From an uncultured Clostridia bacterium (lineage in GTDB: Bacteria; Bacillota; Clostridia; Christensenellales; UBA1242), in assembly GCA_944377305.1 (NCBI GenBank), contig CALWEL010000001.1, forward strand, positions 55,512-119,511: a stretch of DNA of 64,000 nt, given 5' to 3'. Positions 1 to 12,300 of this stretch are shown piece after piece. The notes under the pieces are model-generated. The model saw nothing but the letters and a program-made list of their open reading frames with translations. It was not told the origin of the DNA and did no database searches. Within the stretch, counting starts at the first letter, position 1, and every line of letters begins with the position of its first letter. The position numbers and the translations under genes were made by a program.

Positions 1-231
1 TGTATGTATGCAAAGGACAAAAATATTTAAGCTAATGAACAGATTACTCACTAAATTTAACCGATACGATAGTTTCAAATTATTTTTATGGCATTTTGAA
101 TTGAGTTTTGATGATTCAATATGATTTGATAATTATTTAGGTTATTATATAGAACTATGTATCTAGGGCTTGAGTTTAGCAGTCAAATTGGAAGAGATAA
201 GCACGAGTAGATTATAAGTAAGGATAGGGCA

Positions 232-642
232 ATGTTTTATTTTTGGTTAATCATCATTATATTTGGATTGATTTCAGAGATCATTAAACCGATGTATCTA
301 TTCGGTGCTTGTTTTTCGCTTGCAGGTATAATTCCATTTTTTATGAGCATATCCTCAATTGATTCTATTTGGTATAAAGTTGTTCAAATCCTATTGTTCA
401 TAATTATAGTGTTGCTCTTGATTTTCTTGTTAAGGAAAAGGGCTATTGAGTGGATAAAGCAATACGCGAATAGACATAGTAATTTAGAAAGGGAAAATGA
501 GGCAAGAGAAATAATAGATATAGAGAATGATAGAAAAGATGCCACAAGTGTTAATAGCGTACAGAGCAAAAAGGAAGGCGAGAAAATAATAAAATCAAAG
601 TCGAGTCTAGAAAATGCTGACGATGAAAACTCTGATGAATGA
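232..642 (+). CDS. Small integral membrane protein with charged/acidic C-terminal tail
   Basis: 136-aa ORF with an AAGGA RBS about 10 nt upstream. The N-terminal two thirds are hydrophobic helices and the C-terminus is charged (..ENADDENSDE). No family recognised. Confidence 0.5.
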   Translation: MFYFWLIIIIFGLISEIIKPMYLFGACFSLAGIIPFFMSISSIDSIWYKVVQILLFIIIVLLLIFLLRKRAIEWIKQYANRHSNLERENEAREIIDIENDRKDATSVNSVQSKKEGEKIIKSKSSLENADDENSDE

Positions 643-680
643 AACTATATAAACTAATGATTTTTGGATTTTTGGGTTAA

Positions 681-726
681 GACAGTAATATTGCAAAATT
701 TTATTTTGATTTGTTACTGTTTTTTA
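681..726 (+). terminator. Putative rho-independent terminator
   Basis: Long imperfect hairpin ACAGTAA(682-688)/TTACTGT(714-720) with inner CAAAAT/ATTTTG pairing, followed by TTTTT. It lies about 40 nt after the stop of 232..642. Confidence 0.35.
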
Positions 727-861
727 TTTCACATCTATTTATTTTTTTTAAGAGATAAAACTTTCAAACAACGTTATTATATTTGATTGTCTATTTATGT
801 CGTATTTTGTAGGAAATGACAAAAACGCAGTCTTGTTTGCTAGCATATAAGCGGAGAATAT

Positions 862-1068
862 ATGAAAGAATTTTCGCAAAATTTAAAACTAGCTAGATTG
901 AAATCGGGAAAATCAAAGAAAGATATCGCGAGGGCGGTGAATGTATCTATTGCTTCAATAGAAAATTGGGAAAATGGTAGAAGTTTACCGAATCTAATAA
1001 ATTTATTGAAATTGTGTAAAATATTAAACTGTTCTTCTGATGAACTGCTGGGTGTGGTGAATTATTGA
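862..1068 (+). CDS. XRE-family helix-turn-helix transcriptional regulator (68 aa)
   Basis: GGAG RBS. The sequence 'LKLARLKSGKSKKDIARAVNVSIASIENWENGRSLPNLINLLKLCKILNCSSDELL' is a typical Cro/C1 HTH_3 pattern. Confidence 0.8.
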   Translation: MKEFSQNLKLARLKSGKSKKDIARAVNVSIASIENWENGRSLPNLINLLKLCKILNCSSDELLGVVNY

Positions 1069-1358
1069 AGTTATATATTTTGTAGCACAAAAGAAGTAAA
1101 ATTAAAATCCGCTAGTATTACGCCAGAAATAAATAAGCGTGTCAATCAAGTCCAACTGCAAACTAAACAAAAGTTATTTTGTTCATTTTGCTTGAAGTGT
1201 CTTTCTGATTTGAAATTGCAAATATTCATTTTTATTTCCGTAATTTTATTTTTCAAACGAGTATTGTATCTATGAATTAGTTATATATCTTTCAAAATAA
1301 TATCTTAATTTAGTTGTCGTTTTTTGTTGACTTTGATATAATAAACTTGGAGTTTAAT

Positions 1359-1976
1359 ATGAATTTACCTAACAAATTGACTGTAATGAGAATATGTCTA
1401 ATACCTTTTATGATGTTCTTTTATTTTGCTAATTTTATACCTTACGGAATTGGCAAGATTGTGGCGCTTTTAATTTTCATAGTGGCGGCATTGACCGATT
1501 TGCTGGATGGAAAAATTGCAAGAACTCGAAATTTGGTGACTAATTTTGGAAAATTTTTGGATCCTATAGCTGATAAAATTTTGACTTCAACAGTGTTCTT
1601 TTTGATCATTGCGGATGGCACTATTTCTAATCCTTGGGGCGCTATCATAGTGACAATCATCATTGCTCGTGAATTTATGGTAAGTGCTTTGCGTCTGCTT
1701 GCTGCAAATAGAGGAGTAGTTCTAGCTGCAGACATTTGGGGAAAAGCTAAGACTATGGTGCAAATGATTGCACTTCCAATTTCAATACTTTTATCATTTA
1801 TATATACTTCTGGCATATCATTCAATAGTACATTTGTTTTGATATTTGAAATCGTCACGTACGCTATGCTGGGAGTAGCAACTGTCTTGACTGTGATATC
1901 TGGCATAAATTATTTAGTGAAGAACAAGGATTGCTTGAAAGAAGACAAATCATCAGACGATAGTGTAGAGAAATAA
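1359..1976 (+). CDS. pgsA: CDP-diacylglycerol--glycerol-3-phosphate 3-phosphatidyltransferase
   Basis: CDP-alcohol phosphatidyltransferase signature 'DLLDGKIARTRNLVTNFGKFLDPIADK' in a multi-TM protein. ATG at 1359 has a GGAG RBS 8 nt upstream, whereas the ORF-track TTG at 1314 has none. The pgsA-recA order is typical of Bacillota. Confidence 0.85.
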   Translation: MNLPNKLTVMRICLIPFMMFFYFANFIPYGIGKIVALLIFIVAALTDLLDGKIARTRNLVTNFGKFLDPIADKILTSTVFFLIIADGTISNPWGAIIVTIIIAREFMVSALRLLAANRGVVLAADIWGKAKTMVQMIALPISILLSFIYTSGISFNSTFVLIFEIVTYAMLGVATVLTVISGINYLVKNKDCLKEDKSSDDSVEK

Positions 1977-2054
1977 TAAAGCAAAATGTCGAACAAATGT
2001 TTGACATTTCTTTATATATTTGATAGAATTTAGATAAATAAAAGGAGAAATATT

Positions 2055-3044
2055 TTGACAGACGATAAGAAAAAAGCATTGGAACAGGCCATTGCTCAAA
2101 TAGAAAAACAGTATGGCAAAGGCTCAATCATCAAAATGGACGAAACGAATATATATGATGGGATAGAAGTGATCCCTACAGGTTGTCTGCCTCTCGACAT
2201 AGCGTTGGGAGTGGGAGGGCTCCCTCGTGGGAGAATTGTGGAAATCTATGGACCTGAAAGTAGCGGTAAAACCACTGTTGCCTTGCACGTCATAGCAGAG
2301 GCACAAAAATTGGGCGGTACGGCGGCTTTCATTGACGCAGAGCACGCACTAGATCCTACTTATGCACAAAAATTGGGTGTAGATATTGGTGCTATGTACG
2401 TTTCTCAGCCGGACACTGGAGAGCAGGCTTTGGAGATAACAGAACAATTAGTGCGAAGTGGAGGAATAGACATCATTGTAATTGACTCAGTGGCGGCGCT
2501 CACTCCTAAGGCAGAAATTGATGGAGAAATGGGGGATAGTTTCATAGGTCTACAAGCTCGACTTATGTCTCAAGCTTTGAGGAAATTAACTGGCGTAACG
2601 GCGAAGAGCAAAACTCTTGTGATTTTTATCAATCAATTGCGTGAAAAAGTGGGAGTAATGTTTGGCAATCCAGAGACGACTCCGGGTGGAAAAGCATTGA
2701 AATTCTATTCATCCGTTCGTTTAGATGTGAGGAAACAAGATACCATTAAAAATGGTCAAGATATCATTGGTTCGCGTACAAAAGTTAAGGTTGTGAAAAA
2801 CAAAGTCGCTCCACCATTCAAGACTGCAGAATTTGATATTATGTATGGTGAAGGCATTTCTATTTTAGGTTGTTTAATTGATACTGCTATTGATATGGGA
2901 ATAGTGGAAAAAAGCGGTTCGTGGTTTAGTTATAATTCGGACAAAATAGGACAGGGCAAAGAGAATGTGAAGGCTTATTTGACTTCACACCCTGAAATTG
3001 CCGATGAGATAGATCAAAAGATTAGAGAAAAAATGGTTAAGTAA
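2055..3044 (+). CDS. recA: Recombinase RecA
   Basis: TTG start with an AAAGGAG RBS. Walker A 'GPESSGKTT', plus '[10 protein letters not shown]' and '[22 protein letters not shown]', give a full-length RecA pattern. Confidence 0.97.
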   Translation: MTDDKKKALEQAIAQIEKQYGKGSIIKMDETNIYDGIEVIPTGCLPLDIALGVGGLPRGRIVEIYGPESSGKTTVALHVIAEAQKLGGTAAFIDAEHALDPTYAQKLGVDIGAMYVSQPDTGEQALEITEQLVRSGGIDIIVIDSVAALTPKAEIDGEMGDSFIGLQARLMSQALRKLTGVTAKSKTLVIFINQLREKVGVMFGNPETTPGGKALKFYSSVRLDVRKQDTIKNGQDIIGSRTKVKVVKNKVAPPFKTAEFDIMYGEGISILGCLIDTAIDMGIVEKSGSWFSYNSDKIGQGKENVKAYLTSHPEIADEIDQKIREKMVK

Positions 3045-4744
3045 TGTTAAATACACTGAAGATCGAAAATGTGGCTTTGATAGATAAAGTCGTATTAAGT
3101 TTTGATGGCGGACTCAACGTTATTAGTGGTGAGACAGGCGCGGGAAAAAGTATTATTTTGGATGCGTTGAGCTTTGTTTTCGGTGGCAGGGCGGATAGAT
3201 CACTCATACGTTCTGGTTGTGAACGTATGCGCGTAGAAGCTATTTTTAACAATCTATCTGACAGATTAATAGAATACATAAGCAATGAATTGGGCATTTT
3301 GGCAGATGACGAAATGTTTTTGTCGCGTGAATTGGACCTGAATGGTAAAAATATATGTAAGATCAATGGAGAATTGGTGCCTGTAGCTAGTGTAAAAAAG
3401 GTGTGTCAAAAACTCGTTGATTTGCACGGGCAAAGTGAGCATTTGGCAATTTTAGACAACAATTATCAGCTTGAAATCATCGATCTTTTTGGAAATAGTT
3501 CAAAAAAAATATTAGAAAAACTAACTGAAAAAATAGACGAGTTGAAAGCGATAGAAAATGATATAAAAGCATTGGGCGGAAGCGAGAGTGAAAAACAAAA
3601 TTTGATCGATCTATATTCATATCAAATCAATGAGATCAATGACGCTAAATTGTGTAGCGGTGAATTTGAGAAGTTGAACGAAGAAAAAAAAGAGATGCAA
3701 CAATATGAAAAAATCAACGAAAGTTTGAAAGCGTGTTATGAAGCAAACTGCAAAAACAGCTTTTCAAACACGGCTGTAGATAATATTTATTCTTCTATCA
3801 AGGCTATGCAGTCTATTGGTCAGGTAAATGATCATTATGCTAGAATTCTAGATAGATTAAATAGTCTATTGATAGAACTAGAAGATATTAATGACACGGT
3901 ATTAACCGATTTGACAAACAACGTGTTTGATCAAGAAAGATTTGATTTTTTAGACAATAGGCTTGACTTTTTAAAAGATCTTTATAGGAAATATGGCGGT
4001 AGTTATGAAGCCACAATGAACTATTACAAAAATATCAGCGAAAAATTGGATAATTTGATCAATAGCACAGAAAGATATCATCAATTGAACGAGCGAAAGA
4101 ATGAACTTTTAGAAGAAATTGATGATATACAAAATCAACTGACAAAGTCGAGAATTGCTTCTGCAAAAAATCTGATTTCAAAACTTCAGTCTGAACTTAG
4201 GGCATTAGGAATGCCGAATGCGCGTGTCGATGTGGAATTTTCGCGGATTCCTGAACGATATTCGTATAATGGTGCAGATAAGGTTGAATTTATGTTTTCA
4301 TCCAATTTGGGTTTTGAATTGAAACCTTTAAACAAGGTCGTATCTGGCGGAGAGATGAGCAGAGTCGTCCTCGCTTATAAGATTGTGGTGAGTGTCGTAG
4401 ATGAAATTCAGACGATAATTTTTGATGAAATTGATAGTGGACTTAGTGGAAATATTGCTAGTGTTGTTGCAGAATATATGGCTAGATTAAGTCTAAAAAA
4501 ACAGATAATAGCGATTTCGCATTTGCCTCAAATATGTGCTATGGCAGACAATAATATTAAGGTTGAAAAATTTTCGGACGATTCCACTACTCATACAAAA
4601 GCATCGATCTTGAAAGATGTGCCATTATATGAAGAAATAGCTCGTCTGATGGGTGCCTCTTCAAAAAATGGATTAAACATAAGTCAAGAATTGAAAGAAA
4701 AATCAAATGATTATAAAGCTAATATACAGACATCTTACAAATAG
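3044..4744 (+). CDS. recN: DNA repair protein RecN
   Basis: The ATG overlaps the recA stop (TAATG). Contains an N-terminal Walker A 'GETGAGKSIILDAL', a long central coiled coil and a C-terminal SMC signature 'VSGGEMSRV..IFDEIDSGLSG'. Confidence 0.93.
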   Translation: MLNTLKIENVALIDKVVLSFDGGLNVISGETGAGKSIILDALSFVFGGRADRSLIRSGCERMRVEAIFNNLSDRLIEYISNELGILADDEMFLSRELDLNGKNICKINGELVPVASVKKVCQKLVDLHGQSEHLAILDNNYQLEIIDLFGNSSKKILEKLTEKIDELKAIENDIKALGGSESEKQNLIDLYSYQINEINDAKLCSGEFEKLNEEKKEMQQYEKINESLKACYEANCKNSFSNTAVDNIYSSIKAMQSIGQVNDHYARILDRLNSLLIELEDINDTVLTDLTNNVFDQERFDFLDNRLDFLKDLYRKYGGSYEATMNYYKNISEKLDNLINSTERYHQLNERKNELLEEIDDIQNQLTKSRIASAKNLISKLQSELRALGMPNARVDVEFSRIPERYSYNGADKVEFMFSSNLGFELKPLNKVVSGGEMSRVVLAYKIVVSVVDEIQTIIFDEIDSGLSGNIASVVAEYMARLSLKKQIIAISHLPQICAMADNNIKVEKFSDDSTTHTKASILKDVPLYEEIARLMGASSKNGLNISQELKEKSNDYKANIQTSYK

Positions 4745-4762
4745 AAATCATCAAGTTTAAAT

Positions 4763-4845
4763 AAAAAATGCTAATATATGAAGTGTATCCCGAAAGTTAA
4801 ATATATTTAGGAAGAACACTCCAATAAAAATTAGCATTTTTATTT
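4763..4845. terminator. Long hairpin / bidirectional terminator between recN and the ferredoxin gene
   Basis: AATGCTAAT(4767-4775) pairs with ATTAGCATT(4830-4838). There is inner GTGT/ACAC and TCC/GGA pairing, with an A-run on the left and a T-run on the right. Confidence 0.45.
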
Positions 4846-4898
4846 TATATTGAAAATTGAGTAATTTTCTATTTCTCTTGATTATTGATTATGTATGT

Positions 4899-5108
4899 TT
4901 ATTTGCTTGATTTTTTAGATTCGTTATTTTTTGATGCATCGTTCATTTCAATTTCTATTGCGCCTACAGGACAAAATTGAGCACAACTATTGCATTTAAT
5001 GCATTTCTTTGGGTTGATAGTTGCCTTGTTGTCAACAATTTTAATTGCACCTACAGGACAGATGGATATACAAGCACCACAAGTAATACATTTTTTTTCG
5101 TCAACCAT
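4899..5108 (-). CDS. 2x[4Fe-4S] ferredoxin (69 aa)
   Basis: Two clostridial-type cluster motifs, 'CITCGACISICP' and 'CIKCNSCAQFCP'. Confidence 0.9.
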   Translation of the reverse strand: MVDEKKCITCGACISICPVGAIKIVDNKATINPKKCIKCNSCAQFCPVGAIEIEMNDASKNNESKKSSK

Positions 5109-5425
5109 ATTTTCTCCTCTTTTAATTTATTCAAATATAGCATAAATTTGTGAATATGTCAAGAGATTTGAATTTTTGTAGATTTATGATTTAAAAGTTC
5201 TAAAAAAGAAATATTTAATATAAAAATTTGGCAAAGCATAGTTAATATTTTTTTATTTATATTTGCAAAATTAATCAACAAACAAGAATATTTAAAAAAT
5301 TTTATTGAAATAAATATAAATAAATCAAATTAGCAAAGTTTATTAATTATAATATCATTATAATTATTTAATAAAAATATTTAATTTTGTTTGGAAAAAA
5401 TTCATTTTTGGGATACAATATATAT

Positions 5426-6322
5426 ATGAATTCTGATGTGTTTATTATCGGTGCTGGTCCAGCTGGGCTGACTGCAGGGATATTTACTTGTCGTGCAGGG
5501 CTTAGCACTATTTGTATTGAGAAATTGGCCATTGGCGGTCAAGCAAGTTTGTCAAACGATATTGCGAATTATCCAGGATTTGATTCAATCTCGGGTTTTG
5601 ATTTGACTGAAAAGATGGTAAATCAAGCAAAAAGCAATGGACTAAAATTGGAATGGGGTACTGTGAAAAGTTTGACAAAAACTAAAACGGGCTTCTCAAT
5701 TAAAACGCAAGATCATACTTACACCGCTAAAAAAGTCATTATTGCCACAGGGTGCAAGACGAAAAAATTGGGTTTAAAAGATGAAGAGCGTCTGACGGGC
5801 AGAGGCGTTAGTTACTGTGCTAGTTGCGATGGTGGCTTCTTCGCAAATAAAGTGGTGGCGGTCGTGGGTGGCGGGAATACTGCCATTGGAGATGTGGAGT
5901 ATCTATCTAGATTGGCAAAAAAAATTTATCTTATCAATCGCTCAGAGAAGTTCAGAGCAGGAGATTATGCTGTGAGCAAAATCAAAAAATACAAAAATTT
6001 AGAGATCTTGACCAATGCTCAGGTGGTAGAACTTTTTGGCAGTGAAAAATTGGAAGCTATTTCCATTAAAGATAATGAGGGGAGAAAAAAATTAGCGGTG
6101 GATGGTTTGTTCATAGCGATTGGATCAATCCCAGATTTAGATTTTGTCAAATTTGATCTTCAGACAGATCCGTCAGGATATATTATTGTCGATGATAATA
6201 TGCGTACAAATATTAAGAATTTGTATGCTTGCGGAGATATTACTAATAGGGATTTTCGGCAAATTGTAGTGGCTTGCGCTGAGGGTGCGATTGCTGGCAA
6301 TTCTGCAATAGAGGGAAAATGA
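5426..6322 (+). CDS. trxB: Thioredoxin-disulfide reductase family flavoprotein
   Basis: Contains FAD motif 'IIGAGPAGLTAG', redox CxxC 'CASCDG', 'VVGGGNTA' and C-terminal 'ACGDI'. The start is uncertain: ATG 5426 gives the canonical N-terminus, and the ORF-track TTG 5387 has no RBS. Confidence 0.85.
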   Translation: MNSDVFIIGAGPAGLTAGIFTCRAGLSTICIEKLAIGGQASLSNDIANYPGFDSISGFDLTEKMVNQAKSNGLKLEWGTVKSLTKTKTGFSIKTQDHTYTAKKVIIATGCKTKKLGLKDEERLTGRGVSYCASCDGGFFANKVVAVVGGGNTAIGDVEYLSRLAKKIYLINRSEKFRAGDYAVSKIKKYKNLEILTNAQVVELFGSEKLEAISIKDNEGRKKLAVDGLFIAIGSIPDLDFVKFDLQTDPSGYIIVDDNMRTNIKNLYACGDITNRDFRQIVVACAEGAIAGNSAIEGK

Positions 6323-9300
6323 GAAAGAAGGTATTCAGTTTAATTTCAATTATTTCTTTAGTGATTGCGTCACTATTTGTTTTGTGGTCTGTGGGTAACG
6401 TCTATGCGTATGAGCCAGACGAGTTGGTGGATAGCAATTGGTTGATAAGTGAGGGAGTGCCATACGAATCAGATACTATAGCGGGTTCGACCAGTGGGTA
6501 TGGTAAATTTCTTTTGGGTCAAGATGATGTTACCCTCACAACGAATGCGCTAGAGGGGTTTACTCTGGTGGGTTGGCAAATAGTGTATACAGACAGTCCA
6601 ACGAATTCTACATATATTGATAGCTCTGATTTGACCATTGGGGAAAATAATGTCGCTAGCAAAACGATTCAGTTTGGAGATGGAGAAAATCAAGTAGATA
6701 TTAGATTTGATTACCTTGACACAGATAATGATGGATATTACGATCAGGGAAATTTTAACATTTCCAAAGTGTTCGAAAATCTTCAAGTGGTGGCAGTTTT
6801 TGATTTTATATACTATAATGTTGAGGTTAGTGAATTGGTCGATATTAGCGCGATTGATTCTTATCCGTCTGAGAAGATAAACAATACGGATAATACAATT
6901 TATTATACAGCCAAATCAAATAATGGAACATACACTACATATTCAAATGCAATTATTTCATTTAATAAAAATGGTGAAAATAAGCTATATTATTATGGAG
7001 ATTTATATTCTTATGATGATGAATTCTTTACATTACATAACACGATGACCGAACTTTCGACTGAGCAGAGGATTGATTATACCATAGGTGCATATAGGCT
7101 CTTTGATGAAGTCGAGGGAACATTTGGAATCAATATCATTGATCAAGACTTATATTCAAGTATAAACATTGATATTGATGGAGTGGTTGTAATGAGTGGA
7201 TCAAATGAATTGAATTTGGTGCAGGATGGAGATGAGAACGCATATTCAATCACAAATGACCAATATGGACGAACCACGACTTTAAGTTTCACTTTCAATA
7301 TAATTAATTCTTACAATCAAGAATCTGTGTTAAAAATCGAATATGACAACCTATATTTAGCAAATATTGAAGCATATATTGATGAGGTGGCGTGCGAGGG
7401 AGAGAATTTCAATGATGTGTTGCAGGTCATAACAGTCACATTCTTTTATTCTCAAGTGTCAGATAATGTATATTTTATAAAAAATGCAAGTGAAAATAAT
7501 GGCAATGCATTTAGAGTGGTTGCGGCTCCTAAAATAAGCAAGGTGGTAGATGCAATAAGTTATGACTACTACCAATTTGGATCAATTGATGATGTAGTGG
7601 CAATGACAAGTACATATCCAGATGTGAATCAAAATATTACAATCAAAGTCAATTATAATTCGATCAATTATAAAGTGGATTTTGAATTCAGATTGTATGA
7701 TTCCTCCACAGGTAATATAAGCATTCCAAGCGGGGATTTCAATCTTGAAAATACTATCTATTTAACTAGAGGTGACCAATTCACAATCAATAAGTCGGAT
7801 ACTTCAAACAATGTTGGGTATAGTTTCTATGGTTTTGCCTACAGTGAATTTCAAGTGAATAATAATACGTCTATTGATGTGGAAATCGATTATGATAAGC
7901 CACAAAATTATACGATATTAATGTTGTATGAATATATAGATTATTCGATCAAATTTATGAATTATGATCAAATTAGCTTGAATTATAATTCAATTGATTA
8001 TTATCCTATATCGAGGACTACTCTTTCTGTCGCTAGAGGTAGCATATCATCAACAGATACTATTACTTCAGACGATTTGCGACAAAACGCGCAAAAAGCT
8101 ATAAACTTTGATCTAGTTGCCAATATCTGGGATAGTTTGAGCATTTATTCTGAATTGATCAATGGCTTCTATCTATTAGGTTATAAGATTGGTGGTGTTG
8201 GAGATTATGTCAATAATAATAGTATAGAATTCATATTGAGTTCAGACATTATATCACAGTACGCCAATGACAATGATGAAATTGAAATATATGTGTATGA
8301 AGATTATGCAAAATATACATTGACTTATTATATAGAGGCAAGCACTGATACATATCTTGACGAAGATGTGATAATGGCTGATTTGACTTATGATACTACC
8401 AGTACCAATATTCAAATTGACGATAGTGATCCGAACGTATATATAATCACTATTGGCGGATTGAAATTGTATGATACTGTCAATTTGAAAGCGAAGGGTA
8501 AGAATGTAAACAATTTAGAATTGCAAGAAGAATACACTTATATGTTTGTGCGATTTACTGAAAATGATAAGACAAATCTTGTTTATTCATACGATTTGGA
8601 CACGGATACGTATACACATAGCGAGACAATTTTAAGAGATTATATTAATATTAAAGTTGTATATACTATGCCAAGTGCAAGATTGTTGATTTCGACAGAC
8701 AGAGAAAATGCTTATGATTTGAACAATCTGGCAGTGTATCAAGATGGTGCTCCTTTGACTATTACTGATAGTACTGTAATTGTAGAAGCTGGGAAAAATA
8801 TTCAAGTATTATTAAACCCAAATGGAGTAAGTGATATCATAGCTTTCGGTTATAATCTGATAGGTTATACTTTGACTTCGGAAGGAGTGGAGACCTTCAT
8901 ATCAGTAAACGATCTAGCAGATCCTTATACTTTTGCATATAATGTCACCAGTTCGAATATGCAATATTTAGTAATCAACTTTATTGAAGTAGAATATCAC
9001 TTGTCTATATTGCAATCTGGTGGCGGGGCAGGATATGATGGTCAGTATGTAAACTTTGATAATCAAAATTACAAACTTTTGTCTATTGATGATAGATCAT
9101 TTAGTTTCGATATGCCAGAAGGTTATTACGCTTCTACTGTATCTTTTATTGCCGAGGACGGATTCGCTTACGAATACGAACCGATGAAGCAGACCAACGC
9201 TTATCAAGGAAATCAATTTGACTATAACTTGACTATTCAAGAATTGACCGACTTGGTTGGAGTATATGGAATACAAAATGATGGTTACGTTGAATTGAAT

Positions 9301-12300
9301 TTGTTGGTAGTTTATCAAATACATACATACTCTATTACAATCGATTTTGAGTTGACCAATCCTAAAAATAACGATTATGATAGTATGGTGAATTATCCAA
9401 TTATGATTATTCAATATTCATATCAAGGTCTACCGCAAGAAATAATGGGTATTATTGCGAATAATCGAGTTGTGTTTGAGGACATTCCTTACAATTGTAC
9501 TGTAATTATATCCGTATCTGGAAATATTCAAAATGGATTAGTCGCATTTGGTTGGACGAATGCGGTAGATGAAGCTCCAAATTATTCACACAGCAATTCG
9601 AGTTTGACTATTCCAAATATTAGGCAAAATGAATATTTTAAATATAAGTTAAGTTATGAAGCTTATACTATCAATCTTATTTTGGATGACATAAATAGGG
9701 GAAATCCTACCGTCTTAATCAATGATGTACCATCAAATCAAATATCACTTTATGATAATTTGAAAATAAATATGAATGCAAATAAAAATAACGGATTCAG
9801 GTTTGATAATTTATATTATTACGTTTATTCATATCAACCTTATGTTTATTCAGACGATACTTGGGCGCAAAAATATTTTAATCTATATATATACTCAAAT
9901 GAGACGGGGTATGTACTCAATTCTTCTAGCGAATATAATCCCAATACAGTTTATTTCGAATATACACTGACTCAAGTAAATTACAATGATAGCACGACCT
10001 ATGAAGATGGATTATTTGATGTAGATAATTATTATATTGATGGAGGAATAATCACTTTTTATATTGAATATGAGTATATAGAGATTTCTCTGATTAACGA
10101 TAGTTCAAACTATTCTGATGTTACATTGATTCGTGGAGATATATCTATTGAACCTAGTGATTATGCTACATATAGAATTATGGTGACCACCAATGGTGAA
10201 GTGCGTGAATTGCTAGAGGGCGAGACCGTCAATTATTTGGATAGTGTAGAAATCTTTATCAAATTCAATGATGCTAGATTAAATGAAAATGAAATATATA
10301 ATTTGAGCAGAGGAGTGTATCTAGCGGAGATCTCAATGCTTAACAATAATTACACTTTTGAAGCAACCGATCAAGAGGGAGAGTACAAGTTTGGTTTCAA
10401 TATCAGTGATATCATTTCATCTGTTCCAGATGACGGTCAAGTAATTATCTATTATCGATATTTAGTAGGCGAGAAAGAGATCACTCTCACTACCAATATT
10501 GATGCTCCGACTTTCTATACGGTCAATAATGTACCTCGTTTTGTAATGAGTTATGATAACAATATGTATGGATTCGATGCTCAAATCTATTCTTCATCTG
10601 GACAATCCTTTCTCATTAATAATCTTCAATTCTTGGGGAAAACGCGTATAAACTATGATTTCCAGACAATTGGAGGTGTGAATTATGCGCAATTCTTTTA
10701 TATAAAAGATGTGAAGATATATGACGAGATGGGAGATCTGCTTTTGGATTCACAAACGGCAACGCGAGAAGACTATGATCAATATGGTTTGGCTATTACA
10801 TATGATGAGGAAGGTAACATTCAAAGCATTGATGTTCGTTTTATAGAAAATATAGTTATTAAATTGCAAGTTCAACCAAATATATTGTATAATAGCAGTG
10901 AAGCTATATCAGTAGAATATATAAATGGCGTGTATGTATTTACATCTACATTCAATTGCGATGAGACGGGAGAAGGTATTGAACAAGCACTGTCAATTGG
11001 TACTTCGAATGATTCAAATATACAATCATCTGAATTCATATTAAATTTCTTGATGAATGAAAATGCTGAGTATAATATTTTCTATTATGATAGCAATGGA
11101 ATGCAGGTTGATCCTACAAATGTTGGGGATTATAATGTCGAATTAAGATTTAATGATACTGGCGAATATTCTTGGTTGAGTAGTATTGAGTTATCCTACG
11201 AAGTAGTTTTGAGAATTGTGCCACGCCCAATCAGTGTAAATTATGCTTTGGACGAAACATTTACTAAAACGTATGATGGTAGCGCTAGCTATGATCCTAC
11301 TAGATTGTTGCAATATTTAGTGTTTACAGACGGAGCAGTGACTATTGACTATGAAAAGTTCACTATAACTCAAAATTATTCTGCTAATATCACATATTTA
11401 ATCAATGGAGTAGAAACTCCAATAGCTACTGCAAACGAGGATGTATTCTACAATATTACAATATCAAATATTAATTTAGCTTATAGCCAATTCAATAATA
11501 ATTTTGTTTTGACAAATGATACTTTGACGATTTCAAGTTGCATCAAAGTGATGAAAAGGCAACTCAATTTGATAGGCGTCGAAGTCAATGACAAAGTATA
11601 TGACGGCTTTGCAGATGCTACAATTAAACAAGATGCTGACATCAGATTGCAAGGAGCTTTAGCTAATGACGATGTACATTTGCTTGTTGATCAATTGATC
11701 ATCACTTTCTCTGATGCATCAATAGGCGCGAATAAGCAAGTCACAGTCAATTCTGAAGATGCATTGATAGGCGCGGACGCTTTGAATTATAAGTTGAACA
11801 CTTCTACGATCTCAGCTACTATCTATCCATATAGTGTGAGTACACATATAGAGGGAGTGGGAGATATCACAGTTTCAAATAGAAGAGGTGCTGTAGATCC
11901 TAGTTTGGCAGATTTAATTCCTATTGGTGCAAGTTTGAAAGTAGAAATTATAGAGCCAGACACGAATGAATATGTCAGCATTTATGATAAGATAGTAAGA
12001 TATTTATCTAATAGTAGAGTGTTTGTGATAGGCTATAAATTGAAGTTTGAGACAAACGGAGTTAGTCAACTTATCGACAATAATTTGTATTTAACAGTAC
12101 CAAATGAAGATCGCCTGACGGGCGTGGTTTGGCTCACTGGCGAACAGTCGGGCACACTAGAATATGAAGAGCAAGGAGATAATGTAACTGTTGACCTTGC
12201 ACAGATGAGCGCGGACGTAAACACAATTATCATTACTCAACAAAGAAGACTGCTCGAATTGTGGCAGATAATTTTGATAATTATATCCATATTGTTGTTG

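Noticed and set aside
2-122. Possible 3' end of a gene entering from the left edge (frame 2 is open to the TGA at 120-122)
   Set aside because: Only about 40 codons are visible and no motif is recognisable, so a call cannot be supported from this fragment.
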